From: Gammaproteobacteria bacterium
GTDB taxonomy: Bacteria > Pseudomonadota > Gammaproteobacteria > SZUA-152
Direction: 5' to 3'
Assembly: GCA_050116575.1 (NCBI GenBank)
Contig: JASFOJ010000006.1
Location: 175 to 64,174, forward strand
Length of the DNA stretch: 64,000 bases
Below the pieces are notes generated by a model that saw only the letters and a list, made by a program, of their open reading frames with translations, was not told where the DNA came from and ran no database searches. Numbering within the stretch: the stretch's first letter is position 1; every line of letters begins with the position of its first letter. Shown piece after piece: positions 19,125 through 29,356 of this stretch. The position numbers were made by a program, and so were the translations under genes.

Positions 19125-21794
19125 TTAATAAAGCACCTCGCCCGATAATGACGCCGGCGACTGGTTCATGTTGGCGTTGATCACGTTGCCAAAACCGGTC
19201 TCGAAATCAACGCCGGCGCGGTCGCCGGATTGCCCGATCACCACGCTTCTTATATAAGTGGGCATCAGGTAGGCGCCGCAGGCTTCAGCCACCTCACAAA
19301 CCCGGTTGTCATTGTCCGTGTCAGTACTGGCGCTGATTTGGTAACTGCCCGGCGCAACGTTGTCGAACTCATATTGATACTGTCCGTTAACGTAGCGCGC
19401 TTGCACTTTATCAAGAATCGCCAATGTATTACTGTCCCGCAACACCACATATTCGAAACCGGGATTGTCGTCGAAGTTTGCAATATAAACCTGCATCAAT
19501 ACCGGAATACTGACGGTATTGGCGCTGGACGTCACCGTAATCGTTGCCGAATAAGTCTGTGTTTCCTGCGGCAGGCTTTGCCGGTCGACCTGAACGGTAT
19601 AACGTCCTAAACCATTAGCATCCACGTCCACCGGCGTGGCTGTTAACCAGTCGGCGTTATCATCCACCTGTACCACATTCAGATCACCGTCACCGCCATT
19701 CGCCACAACGAAATCCAATACCGAAGTATCGGCACCGAAATTTAGAGCGGCCGGCTGAACTTCCGCAACCGGCGGTAATGTATCGATAGGTGTATTACCA
19801 GCTCCGGATGCCGCATTGACGGCGCGCAGCGCATTGACAATGCCGTAACCAAACTTGTCGTCTCTGCCGGCGTCGCCAAGATCGTCGGTCATTTCACCAT
19901 TTGCCAGCAACCGGTCAATATCGTCGGGGGTTAAATCAGGATTGACGGATTTCATCAATGCAATAACACCGGCGACGTGGGGCGACGCCATGGACGTACC
20001 CTGATAAAATACAAACCCAAAACGAATGCTGCCATTGGCATCGCTGCCCACGGTACTCAGCACACCGTCAGAATAGCCGTCGCCATTCACGTCCGTCGAG
20101 CTGCCACCCGGCGCGGCGATATCGACCGTGGCACCGAAATTGGAATAACCCGCCAGTGTATTGTTAATGGTCGTGGCACTAACGGAAATAACACCATCCA
20201 GCGAAGCCGGATAATTCAAACCACTGGACGATTCATTGCCGGCAGCCGCCACGATCACTACACCGGCTTCCCGGGCAAGCCGAAAGGCTTGTGGTGGCAC
20301 GGTGGTATTGGAAGGTCCCCCCAGGCTGAGATTAATGACATCGGCTTTGCGTGGCGGCACGGTACCGGAATCGTTGGGCAGGCCGGCGGCATAACGCACC
20401 GCTTGCTCGATATCATAGTCGGTCCCGCCAAAGCGGCCCAGGGCGCGTAACGGCATGATCTTCGCGTCCCAGGCCACTCCAGCGACACCATTGAGATTGT
20501 CCGATGCGGCGGCAATGGTACCGCTCACATGGGTTCCATGAAAACTACTGTTGCCGTTGGGATCATCGCCAACGTCATCGGGATTGTCGTCGATGCCGTC
20601 GCCATCGCCGGCATTGTCCGGGTCCCGGATAAAATCGTAGCCATCGATCAACTGCCCCTGCAAATCGGGGTGATTCAGTAAAACACCGGTATCAATGACG
20701 GCGACAATCGTATTCGCCCCTTTTGTCACATCCCAGGCCTGTGGCAGATTAATCTGCGGAAAATGCCATTGATAACTGTAGTATTCGTCGTTGGGTACAG
20801 TCGTTGACGGTTGACGAATATAATTAAGCCTCGCTGAAACAATATCTGGCCGTTTACGCAACGCCTTTACCACGTCAATGGTGTCCTGCATGCGTTGTGG
20901 CTCTGTCCGTGCAGCGCCGGCCAGGCGTTTAACACCCAGCACCCGGAACGCATTGTCCGGCCCTGCGACGGGATCGATACTCAATAACATACTGCGATTA
21001 GTCGACCCCGACTTGTATTGCAATCCCAATGACTGCGCAATGCTCGAAGCCGTTTGCACCGAGGCAGTATTCGGACCAGCAGAATGGTCGTGCCGGTACT
21101 GCACAATCACTTCGCCCGGCACAAAGGGTTGATCCGTTGGGGCGGAAAACTGTTGTGGCGACGGCTGTGTTTGTTGCTGCGCCGACAGGCCGATGGTAAG
21201 CACATAATTCGACGCACCGCTTATCGCCGAAATCCGGATATAGTAGACGCCGTCGCTGTTGATACTAATAGACTCGGTTTGGTGTTCTCCGGTTGTATGC
21301 TGCAGTGTCGTACCAACGCTATCGAGCAAAAACATCGCTATACGGTTTGTACCGTTAGCGCTACCACCGTCCGGCGCGTTTAACGAAATGGACTGGTTGG
21401 CAAAAAGGCGTACCCGGTAATAATCGTCGGTATCACCCTGCTCGAACGATCGCCCATCCGGTCCGGTGCCGGCCACGTTAACATAGCCACCCAGCGTTGT
21501 TGGATTGGGAATATCCTGCGCGGTTTCCCGTGTATCATTACTACTGTACGGCGCATTGGGATCATTGATATCCCTATCGAAGGAGGAACCGGTGGCTGTG
21601 CTGATAGTCCCGGTGATAGTGGCGCCCCCGCCCGGCTCGGGGCCACCGGCCTTTTCATCCACACAACCATTCAATAAAACAGCGACAAGCGCCATATTCA
21701 AAACATAAACGACGATTGCCGGAATACTAAATCCGTTTGGCCCGTTAACCATATTAAAACCTTGTTTCAACATCCTGATGAATTTGACGGACAA
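19125..21794 (-). CDS. Large S8-family (subtilisin-like) serine peptidase, lipoprotein
   Basis: Catalytic triad motifs AVIDTGV, HGTHVSGTIAA and GTSMASPHVAGV. Lipobox LLNGC. An N-terminal PPC-like domain and C-terminal beta-rich domains. Confidence 0.9.
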   Translation of the reverse strand: MSVKFIRMLKQGFNMVNGPNGFSIPAIVVYVLNMALVAVLLNGCVDEKAGGPEPGGGATITGTISTATGSSFDRDINDPNAPYSSNDTRETAQDIPNPTTLGGYVNVAGTGPDGRSFEQGDTDDYYRVRLFANQSISLNAPDGGSANGTNRIAMFLLDSVGTTLQHTTGEHQTESISINSDGVYYIRISAISGASNYVLTIGLSAQQQTQPSPQQFSAPTDQPFVPGEVIVQYRHDHSAGPNTASVQTASSIAQSLGLQYKSGSTNRSMLLSIDPVAGPDNAFRVLGVKRLAGAARTEPQRMQDTIDVVKALRKRPDIVSARLNYIRQPSTTVPNDEYYSYQWHFPQINLPQAWDVTKGANTIVAVIDTGVLLNHPDLQGQLIDGYDFIRDPDNAGDGDGIDDNPDDVGDDPNGNSSFHGTHVSGTIAAASDNLNGVAGVAWDAKIMPLRALGRFGGTDYDIEQAVRYAAGLPNDSGTVPPRKADVINLSLGGPSNTTVPPQAFRLAREAGVVIVAAAGNESSSGLNYPASLDGVISVSATTINNTLAGYSNFGATVDIAAPGGSSTDVNGDGYSDGVLSTVGSDANGSIRFGFVFYQGTSMASPHVAGVIALMKSVNPDLTPDDIDRLLANGEMTDDLGDAGRDDKFGYGIVNALRAVNAASGAGNTPIDTLPPVAEVQPAALNFGADTSVLDFVVANGGDGDLNVVQVDDNADWLTATPVDVDANGLGRYTVQVDRQSLPQETQTYSATITVTSSANTVSIPVLMQVYIANFDDNPGFEYVVLRDSNTLAILDKVQARYVNGQYQYEFDNVAPGSYQISASTDTDNDNRVCEVAEACGAYLMPTYIRSVVIGQSGDRAGVDFETGFGNVINANMNQSPASLSGEVLY

Positions 21795-22527
21795 CGGACT
21801 GATAATAACGCGCCCTTTTTAGGGGACATGACAACTTCAATCAATGGCATTCAGCCGGCGGGATAAACCCGAAGCCTCATACCAACATGTGTTCCCGTCA
21901 AACAGTTGATAAAAACCACCAGACAACCACCGCACAACAAAAGTTATTGATAGAAACCTTTGTTGTATAAATCTCTCATGGTGGTCTGGTTATTCCAGTC
22001 GTTACTGCGCGACGACTGAATAATGAGTACCGTGTAACCGTATTTTTGCTGATTGTGTGAAAACACCTGAGGTGTTTGCCGGGTAGATCCGGTGTCTACT
22101 GGAAAGGTATTCATGATCCGCCCCCTCGTCATGAATGAAATGGACAAGCTTTGTGGCCTCAATTTTTTGAACACGTTAGACCGGCGTTACTTAAACCAAC
22201 ATTCTGTTACCAACCGTTGTTTATACCAGGCTCCCTTACCGCTGGTGTTAACGGGGTATCAGCATCCGTCGATGGTCATCGACCGGGATACGACTTAACT
22301 ATACCATCGCCTCTTAAGTGTTTCTACTTTTTTTACGTAGGTATTGTGATCCCCGTTTCAGCAACTCAAAGACTCCCTAAGCTATTGGTAGTTGGGGTCA
22401 TTTACATTTATTCGAAATAATGCATTAGAATCCCCTCAGATATCACTGTTGCTGTATATACGTAGGAAAAGTCAGCGGCAAGCAAGACAAAGATAACTAT
22501 CGATCATTGATCGGGCCAATGGCGACA

Positions 22528-24042
22528 TTACTGACCTTTGTTGTTACCGGTCCTTTGTTTCTGATACAAGTCATTCAAAGGTATTGAACGTCCATCTTCG
22601 GTTACCATGCGCACGTGGGAGCGATTCAGTTCTCGGGGCCCCCGGACGCCGCAGGAATGGGCGATGACACAGACTTCGTGGGTGAGGTTGGTGGCATAGT
22701 TGGCGACCCGGACGGATTTCAACTGCGGGTCCAGTCCTTTTTGCAAACGGGGATTGTGAGTAGTAATACCAGTGGGACAGGTATTTTTGTTGCATTGCAA
22801 TGCCTGAATACATCCAAGCGCAAACATAAAGCCGCGCGCGGATACTACGAAATCCGCGCCAACACTATAGGCCCAGGCCACTTCTCCGGGCGTGATCAGT
22901 TTACCCGACGCTATAACTTTTATACGTTCCTTGAGGCCGTGGTGTTCCAGCAAATCCACCACCGCCGGCAGGCTTTCTCGAATAGGCAAACCCACATAAT
23001 CAATCAAACTCATGGGGGCAGCTCCGGTGCCGCCGTCGGCACTGTCGATGGTGATAAAATCAGGCGCACTGTCAATAATTCCCTGTTTCTTAATTGCGAT
23101 ACAAAGCTCATCCAGCCAGCCAAAGGATCCGACCACAGTTTTAAAACCAACCGGCTTGCCGGTAACGCGGCGAATGCGTTGCACCATGATAAGAATGTCG
23201 TCTACGTCAGCAATATCGGGATGACGATTGGGACTAATGGATGCCTGACCGACCGGTATACCACGGATTTGCGCAATTTCCCTGGTCACCTTTTTCCCGG
23301 GCAGTATGCCGCCTTTGCCGGGTTTCGCCCCCTGGCTAATTTTTATTTCGAACATTTTCACTTGCTGGCGCGCGGCCAGTTCCCGTAGCTTGTCGTCACT
23401 CAACAAACCCTGCTCATCGCGAACGCCGTATTTGGCGGTACCGATTTGAAATACCAGATCTGCCCCTCCCTCCAGGTGGTACGATGATAGACCGCCCTCC
23501 CCCGTATTCAGCCAGCAGCCGGCCATCCGGGCCCCGTTTGACAAAGCGACCACCGCTGGTTTTGAAATGGCACCGTAGCTCAAGGCCGAAATATTGATGA
23601 GCGATTGCGATGTGTATGGATGGGGACAATTGGGGCCGATGGTTACGCCGTGAATGGGTGTTGCATCCTGTCCCAATACCGGAAACGCCGTATTGACGAA
23701 CAGCAGTGTGCCCGCCGGGCGCAGATCCCGTGTCGAACCAAATGCCACTGTATTTTGTTCCGATTTCGACGCGCGATAAACCCAGGAACGTTCCGCTCTA
23801 TTGAATGGTAATTCCTCGCGATCCAGGGCAAAAAAATACTGACGGAAAAATTCGCCAAGACGTTCGAAGATCCACCGCAACCGCCCAATAATAGGGAAGT
23901 TGCGCCTGATAGCGTGCTTGGTTTGAGTAACGTCGATGACAAACAGTATCAGTAAAACCAGCACGCCGATGCCGATAACCACGATAAACAGTGAGGCAAG
24001 AAAATCGACGACGCCAAATACATGGGGGGAATTGCTTATCAT
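22528..24042 (-). CDS. FMN-binding glutamate synthase family protein (GltB domain-2 like), membrane-anchored
   Basis: N-terminal TM and a conserved glutamate synthase central domain (GxGGTGAAP, GITTHNPRL). Confidence 0.85.
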   Translation of the reverse strand: MISNSPHVFGVVDFLASLFIVVIGIGVLVLLILFVIDVTQTKHAIRRNFPIIGRLRWIFERLGEFFRQYFFALDREELPFNRAERSWVYRASKSEQNTVAFGSTRDLRPAGTLLFVNTAFPVLGQDATPIHGVTIGPNCPHPYTSQSLINISALSYGAISKPAVVALSNGARMAGCWLNTGEGGLSSYHLEGGADLVFQIGTAKYGVRDEQGLLSDDKLRELAARQQVKMFEIKISQGAKPGKGGILPGKKVTREIAQIRGIPVGQASISPNRHPDIADVDDILIMVQRIRRVTGKPVGFKTVVGSFGWLDELCIAIKKQGIIDSAPDFITIDSADGGTGAAPMSLIDYVGLPIRESLPAVVDLLEHHGLKERIKVIASGKLITPGEVAWAYSVGADFVVSARGFMFALGCIQALQCNKNTCPTGITTHNPRLQKGLDPQLKSVRVANYATNLTHEVCVIAHSCGVRGPRELNRSHVRMVTEDGRSIPLNDLYQKQRTGNNKGQ

Positions 24043-24572
24043 TTTTTCCTAATCCATTCGTTAAAGTCCGGTCTTATCCGCTTTAATGGGTCACAGTGCG
24101 GGAAAACCAGCGCACCGGGTATCCCTTGTAAACAGCATATCCCGTGCCGCCGATATCCATGCCGGCCGCCAGAGCAGATGGCACATTGGTGATCTGGCAA
24201 GCGTACGATCTGGCCGCCATCGCTTATTTACTCCAGTTCTATGCGCCAGGTGGAAAAAACCGCGCTGTGGCTCACCGATTATCAACAAAAACGCTATGAC
24301 AAAAACGCTAAGATTAATAAAATTGTCAGAATTAATGTAGTAAATACAGCTAGTTATAGATTTTTATTGGAATTTTTCGAGGATACTGCAATTTGGGCGT
24401 CGGATAAGCTTTGCTAAAAATCGTACGGATTTCTATAATGCTTTGAGAAATACGATAACGCTGATTGCGGCGCGCCTGGGGGAGGCACACATTATCAATG
24501 TCGTCGTATTAAGCAACAATATCAACGGAATCGGGGGAACGCTGTCGACCGGCGGCGTATTGCGTTATTTGT

Positions 24573-26036
24573 ATGGCTCAACATGCTTCAAAGTCGACGA
24601 AGACGGCTCACAAAATAAACAAAACCAAACAAAGTCTTATTCTTGGTTTTGCCGCCATTATTGGGTTAATGGCCTTTCTCGTTATCTTCCGCTCCAATGA
24701 ACTCGAAGTTACTAAAAGTCATATCGACAAGATTGGCAAAAACCACCTCACCAAAATCGGCTTGATTGTACAAATGCGCTCGGCTGCCCATGAGCGCACC
24801 CTGGCACTGCAACGCATGATGCTGCAAACCGATCCCTTTGTGCGCGACGAAGAATGGATACGCTTCAACCGTTTAGGCGCCGAATTTGCCCGCGCCAGGT
24901 TACACATTTTGTCGATGCAGTTGACCCAACGGGAAAAAACGCTGCTCGATTACCAGGGGGGTGTCACCAAAAAAGCACAGGCTCTGCAAAAACGGGTCAT
25001 CGACTTATTGAACAATGACAAGTTCGGCCAGGCACGTGAAATATTACTGAAGAGCGTCATCCCCATAAAAGAACAGGTCATCAATCAGCTCAATACTTTC
25101 TATCATTACCAGGAAACCGAAGCGGAAAAAATCGCGCGCGATACCAGCGAGCTTTACCAGGAAATGCGTTCGTTAATATTGGTGGTATCCGCCATTGCGC
25201 TGGCACTGGGTGTTGCCATCGCCACCTATATGGTACGGCGCACGGCCAACGCCGAAAGTGCTTTAACCAACGCTTATGCCAATATCCAGAAACAAAGCGC
25301 CGAGAAAAGCCAGTTCCTGGCCGATGTCATTGACGAATACCGTTCACCCCTCAATTCGCTGATGCACTACAGCGACGCGATTGCCAGAAACATGCGCAAT
25401 GACAAATCAAACAGCAAGGAATTTCTGTCGGATATCATTAAGATCCAGAACGCCTGTCATCACTTGAACGGACTCACCACTGAAATCATCGGCCTGACCA
25501 ATGTCGAAGCCGGCAAAGATACCCTGTCGGCCCAGGATCTGGATATCTGCGAATTCGTTAATGACGTTGCCGACCGTTTCAGGCCCATTGCGGCGAAAAA
25601 TAACAACCAGATTGAAATTCAGTGCCCTAACGATATTGGTTATATGGAAACGGACCCGACCAAGCTCCAGCAAATTCTGTTTAACCTGCTGGCCAATGCC
25701 TGTAAGTACACCGAATTTGGACTGATCACCCTCAATGTGAAATATGAAACCACGCGCGGCAACGCAAACGGGACGGGCAACCAGCGCTGGATAACGTTCA
25801 GCGTTATCGACACGGGCATCGGTATTGCGCCCGAAAAGGTCGACAGAATATTCAATGCCATTCCCAATATAAGCCGCCCGATTAGTAAACACCAGGAAGA
25901 CAGCGGACTGAATCTGGCTATTAGCCGGCGCATATGCCATATGATGGGCGGCGAAATTATGATAAACAGTGAGCCAGGTATGGGTTCGGTGTTTTCCGTA
26001 AAGCTTCCCTTCGAAGCAAATCCCGTGGTTGCGTGA
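24573..26036 (+). CDS. Sensor histidine kinase-like protein with degenerate H-box (His replaced by Asp)
   Basis: Two TM helices flank a roughly 150-aa periplasmic region. The HATPase_c N-box (NLLANACKYT), G1 (DTGIGI) and G2 (GLNLAISRRICHMMGGEI) are intact. The H-box reads DVIDEYRSPLN where the paralogue has [11 protein letters not shown]. Confidence 0.85.
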   Translation: MAQHASKSTKTAHKINKTKQSLILGFAAIIGLMAFLVIFRSNELEVTKSHIDKIGKNHLTKIGLIVQMRSAAHERTLALQRMMLQTDPFVRDEEWIRFNRLGAEFARARLHILSMQLTQREKTLLDYQGGVTKKAQALQKRVIDLLNNDKFGQAREILLKSVIPIKEQVINQLNTFYHYQETEAEKIARDTSELYQEMRSLILVVSAIALALGVAIATYMVRRTANAESALTNAYANIQKQSAEKSQFLADVIDEYRSPLNSLMHYSDAIARNMRNDKSNSKEFLSDIIKIQNACHHLNGLTTEIIGLTNVEAGKDTLSAQDLDICEFVNDVADRFRPIAAKNNNQIEIQCPNDIGYMETDPTKLQQILFNLLANACKYTEFGLITLNVKYETTRGNANGTGNQRWITFSVIDTGIGIAPEKVDRIFNAIPNISRPISKHQEDSGLNLAISRRICHMMGGEIMINSEPGMGSVFSVKLPFEANPVVA

Positions 26037-26147
26037 ATACTGCGAAAGCCACTTCAAACAACCGGTTTCATTTTTAGCAGCAAGCCCTATCTTTAAAAAA
26101 ACATTGTCGCTTTTACAAAAGATAAGTGCTCACAAGAGTTACATGCA

Positions 26148-26999
26148 ATGAGTTATTCGTCTGTCATCAGTTCAGATATCCTGTATCAACATTTGGACGA
26201 TCACGATTGGCGTATTATTGACTGCCGCTTCAACCTGCAGGCGCCGGACCAGGGACGTGGCCAATACGCTATCGAACATATACCCAATGCTTTATATGCT
26301 CATCTCGATGAAGATCTGTCCTCACCGGTCACCGAAACCAGCGGCCGCCACCCGCTTCCCGACATTGAAAAGTTGAAAGCAAAACTTGGTGAGTGGGGAA
26401 TCAACGCGCAAACCCAGGTGTTGGCCTATGACGATGCCGGTGGCAGCTACGCCGCTCGACTATGGTGGTTGCTTCACTGGCTGGGACACACAAAAGTGGC
26501 TGTTTTGGACGGGGGATTCAGTATCTGGAAAAAGCAGGGTTTACCCACTACCGCTGAACGGCCCTGCGTGTCGCCCACGGTATTCACCGGTGAACCAAAC
26601 AACGAGATGCTAATTAGCACCGATGAACTCCAGCGCCAGCTGAAACATTATACAGTGTGCCTGATTGATGTGCGCGACCCTGAGCGCTTTACAGGAAAAC
26701 AGGAACCCATCGACAAAGTGGCAGGCCATATACCGGGCGCCAACAATATTCCCTGGAAACACAATATAGATGGTAATAGCCTGTTCCTGCCCAAAGGACA
26801 GTTATATGATCAATACAAAGCATTGCTACAAACCCGGCCCGCTAACGAAATAACGTTCATGTGCGGATCCGGTGTCACCGCCTGCCACAGCCTCGTGGTA
26901 TTGGCGTACCTGGGTATCAGTGGCGCCAAGCTGTACGCAGGTTCATGGAGCGAATGGATTCGCGATCCCGCCCGCCCGATTATGAAAGACAATCACTAG
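26148..26999 (+). CDS. sseA: 3-mercaptopyruvate/thiosulfate sulfurtransferase (tandem rhodanese)
   Basis: Two rhodanese domains. Active-site CGSGVTA loop. Confidence 0.85.
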   Translation: MSYSSVISSDILYQHLDDHDWRIIDCRFNLQAPDQGRGQYAIEHIPNALYAHLDEDLSSPVTETSGRHPLPDIEKLKAKLGEWGINAQTQVLAYDDAGGSYAARLWWLLHWLGHTKVAVLDGGFSIWKKQGLPTTAERPCVSPTVFTGEPNNEMLISTDELQRQLKHYTVCLIDVRDPERFTGKQEPIDKVAGHIPGANNIPWKHNIDGNSLFLPKGQLYDQYKALLQTRPANEITFMCGSGVTACHSLVVLAYLGISGAKLYAGSWSEWIRDPARPIMKDNH

Positions 27000-27389
27000 C
27001 AATTGCTAAACGTATCAAATCCCGCGCCTTGTTCAGCTGAAGTTCATCTGGTGCATATAACATATATTGGAAATATATCTTTTTTACTCAGTTTTTGACC
27101 AGCATCAAAAAGTTTAAAACTTTAGTCTTTTACGCTGGTATTTGTGGCATTCAATATTTGTCGATTTCGATTTAATATTGTAAAGTCACTTGGGAAAATA
27201 CAAGGAAAAAGTTAAAAAGGAAATTTTAGAAAAATGCAGTTTGGCCGACATAGTTGCGGTGGATATTTCTAAACCATGTTTGCAATACAACAACCATTTA
27301 AAAAAATATCCCGATGGCGCTTTTCGCCGGTATTGCTGCGAAATTCATGTAAACCATAACCTATTGAAATCAGCATTGAGGGTACTAAT

Positions 27390-27758
27390 ATGAGCGAAAC
27401 TTTATACGAAAAAATAGGCGGTGATGCGGCCGTTAACGCAGCTGTTGATATTTTCTACCGCAAAGTTTTGGCGGATGACCGGATTAACCAGTTCTTTGAA
27501 GGCGTTGACATGGACCGCCAAGCCGCCAAACAAAAAGCTTTTTTGACGTTGGCCTTTGGCGGACCCAATAACTATAGCGGCAAAGATATGCGCGACGGTC
27601 ATGCCCACCTGGTTCAACAGGGCCTCAATGACAGTCATTTTGACGCCGTTATGGAAAACCTGGGCGCCACTTTAAAAGAACTAAACGTCCCCGACGAATT
27701 GATCGCAGAAGCGGCAGCAATCGCAGAAAGCACACGCAGTGATGTGTTAGGACGCTAG
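27390..27758 (+). CDS. glbN: Group I truncated haemoglobin (2/2 Hb, trHbN)
   Basis: 122 aa. Motifs YEKIGG, FY(R)KV and AHLxxxGL match the trHbN fold. Confidence 0.85.
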   Translation: MSETLYEKIGGDAAVNAAVDIFYRKVLADDRINQFFEGVDMDRQAAKQKAFLTLAFGGPNNYSGKDMRDGHAHLVQQGLNDSHFDAVMENLGATLKELNVPDELIAEAAAIAESTRSDVLGR

Positions 27759-28218
27759 TTAAAATTTAAAGGCGCTCTGTTTTGCGCCGTTAAATAATAT
27801 TACGACACTGCTCTTTGTAACAATGAGAAGAATTGTGACATTTGCAGGAAAAAGTGAAGAAAATATGGACCCCGTTGCGGCAGGAATTGGCTGATACCGG
27901 TATCGCGATCATTGAGTATCCAAATCGGAAAAATTCGACGCGACAAGAAGAACTAGAACGAATTATAGGTGATTGTTGGTTTCTGCAGTAACGGGGCAAA
28001 CATAAACGGGGCACAATACCAATCTAGACTCTAACACGACTTCATTTACGACAGGCACGCCTATGTCAGCCGCTTAAACCGTGGCCGAACGCGTGAACGA
28101 ATATGCGTTATGCGGGGAAGTTAATGTGCTGTTAAATAAGCATGCCGCCGGATGATAAGTATGTTGTAGATTAGATAATCAGTGCTTTCCAATCGATTAA
28201 CTTTAAAATTAAAAAGAT

Positions 28219-29184
28219 TTGCTTGTGATTCAATACGACCAGGAAGAATACTACCCCGATAATAACGAGTCCGTGCTCGATTGTTTGCTTCGCCACGGTG
28301 TTGAACCCCCTAACTCCTGCCGCAGTGGTTTGTGCCAAACCTGCCTGATGCGCTCGGTCGATGGAAAACCGCCACCGGCGGCGCAAAAAGGCTTGAAACA
28401 ATCATTGGTGGTCCAAAACTACTTTCTCGCCTGTACCTGTGTTCCGCAGGAAGACATGAGAATTGTCCTGCCCGACACCAATCAGTTTCGCAAAACCACG
28501 ACCGTGGTGGATAAATCGTTTCTCACTGAGAACATATTACGATTACGTTTGGCAGTACCTGACGATTTTCACTATTTTGCCGGTCAATATTTAACGATCT
28601 TCAAAAACACCAACACCGGGCGCAGCTACTCGCTGGCCAGCGTCCCCGGCGTTGATGACTTCCTGGAATTTCATATTCAGCTGCTGCCTGACGGTCAGCT
28701 TAGCCAATGGTTGGCAAACGATATAGATAGCGGCACCCCTGTTTCCATCAGCGAAACGGTCGGCGATTGCATTTACCTGGATAAGCACGCCCACCAGCCC
28801 CTGGTAATGATCGGTACCGGGACCGGCCTGGCACCGTTGATTGGTGTACTCCGGGACGCTTTGCACCAGGGTCACCGGGAAAAAATTCGACTTTACCACG
28901 GCGTGAAAACGGCGTCGGATTTATACTTTCACGATACGCTGCAAGACATTGCAGCTGAGCACAGCAACGTCGAATATTACCCCTGCGTCTCCCGTGAAAC
29001 GGTAGACCTACCCCTCCGGCACGGACGGGCCAGTGATATCGCCATTAAAGATATCGGTGATTTTTCCAACTATTGTGTTTACCTTTGTGGTAACCCTGAC
29101 ATGGTAAACAGCACCAAACGCAGTATATTTCTTGCATGTGCCTCTTTTCAGGATATTTACGCGGACCCATTCGTTCACGCCTGA
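28219..29184 (+). CDS. Ferredoxin-NAD(P) reductase family oxidoreductase with N-terminal plant-type [2Fe-2S] ferredoxin domain
   Basis: CRSGLCQTC...ACTC cluster ligands. RxYS FAD motif (GRSYSLAS). GTGxAP NAD-binding motif (MIGTGTGLAP). Non-ATG (TTG/GTG) start. Confidence 0.8.
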   Translation: MLVIQYDQEEYYPDNNESVLDCLLRHGVEPPNSCRSGLCQTCLMRSVDGKPPPAAQKGLKQSLVVQNYFLACTCVPQEDMRIVLPDTNQFRKTTTVVDKSFLTENILRLRLAVPDDFHYFAGQYLTIFKNTNTGRSYSLASVPGVDDFLEFHIQLLPDGQLSQWLANDIDSGTPVSISETVGDCIYLDKHAHQPLVMIGTGTGLAPLIGVLRDALHQGHREKIRLYHGVKTASDLYFHDTLQDIAAEHSNVEYYPCVSRETVDLPLRHGRASDIAIKDIGDFSNYCVYLCGNPDMVNSTKRSIFLACASFQDIYADPFVHA

Positions 29185-29356
29185 CAGTACTACGCTATGA
29201 ACGATACGGGCTTGAAGCAATCTGACCTAAAACCTAGATCCTACCCCTCCACGACTTATCAATTACAGCTATAATCTAATAAGCGCATTTAGTCCTGTAT
29301 AATAACAGTTGCAGGCGTTATTCCGTGGCTGTCGGACCAAAGGTTAACCAATAATC

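Noticed and set aside
19230-21383. Several 80-160-aa ORFs on the plus strand inside the S8 peptidase gene, and likewise inside ppsA, glgX and the GltS-like gene.
   Set aside because: They are antisense or out-of-frame shadows inside long, well-supported CDSs with a biased (Arg/Gly/His-rich) composition.
27190-27393. A 67-codon ORF upstream of glbN whose stop overlaps the glbN ATG (ATGA).
   Set aside because: It starts with TTG and has no RBS. Its composition is extremely AT- and Lys-rich, unlike the neighbouring genes. It is more likely the AT-rich promoter or leader of glbN than a gene.
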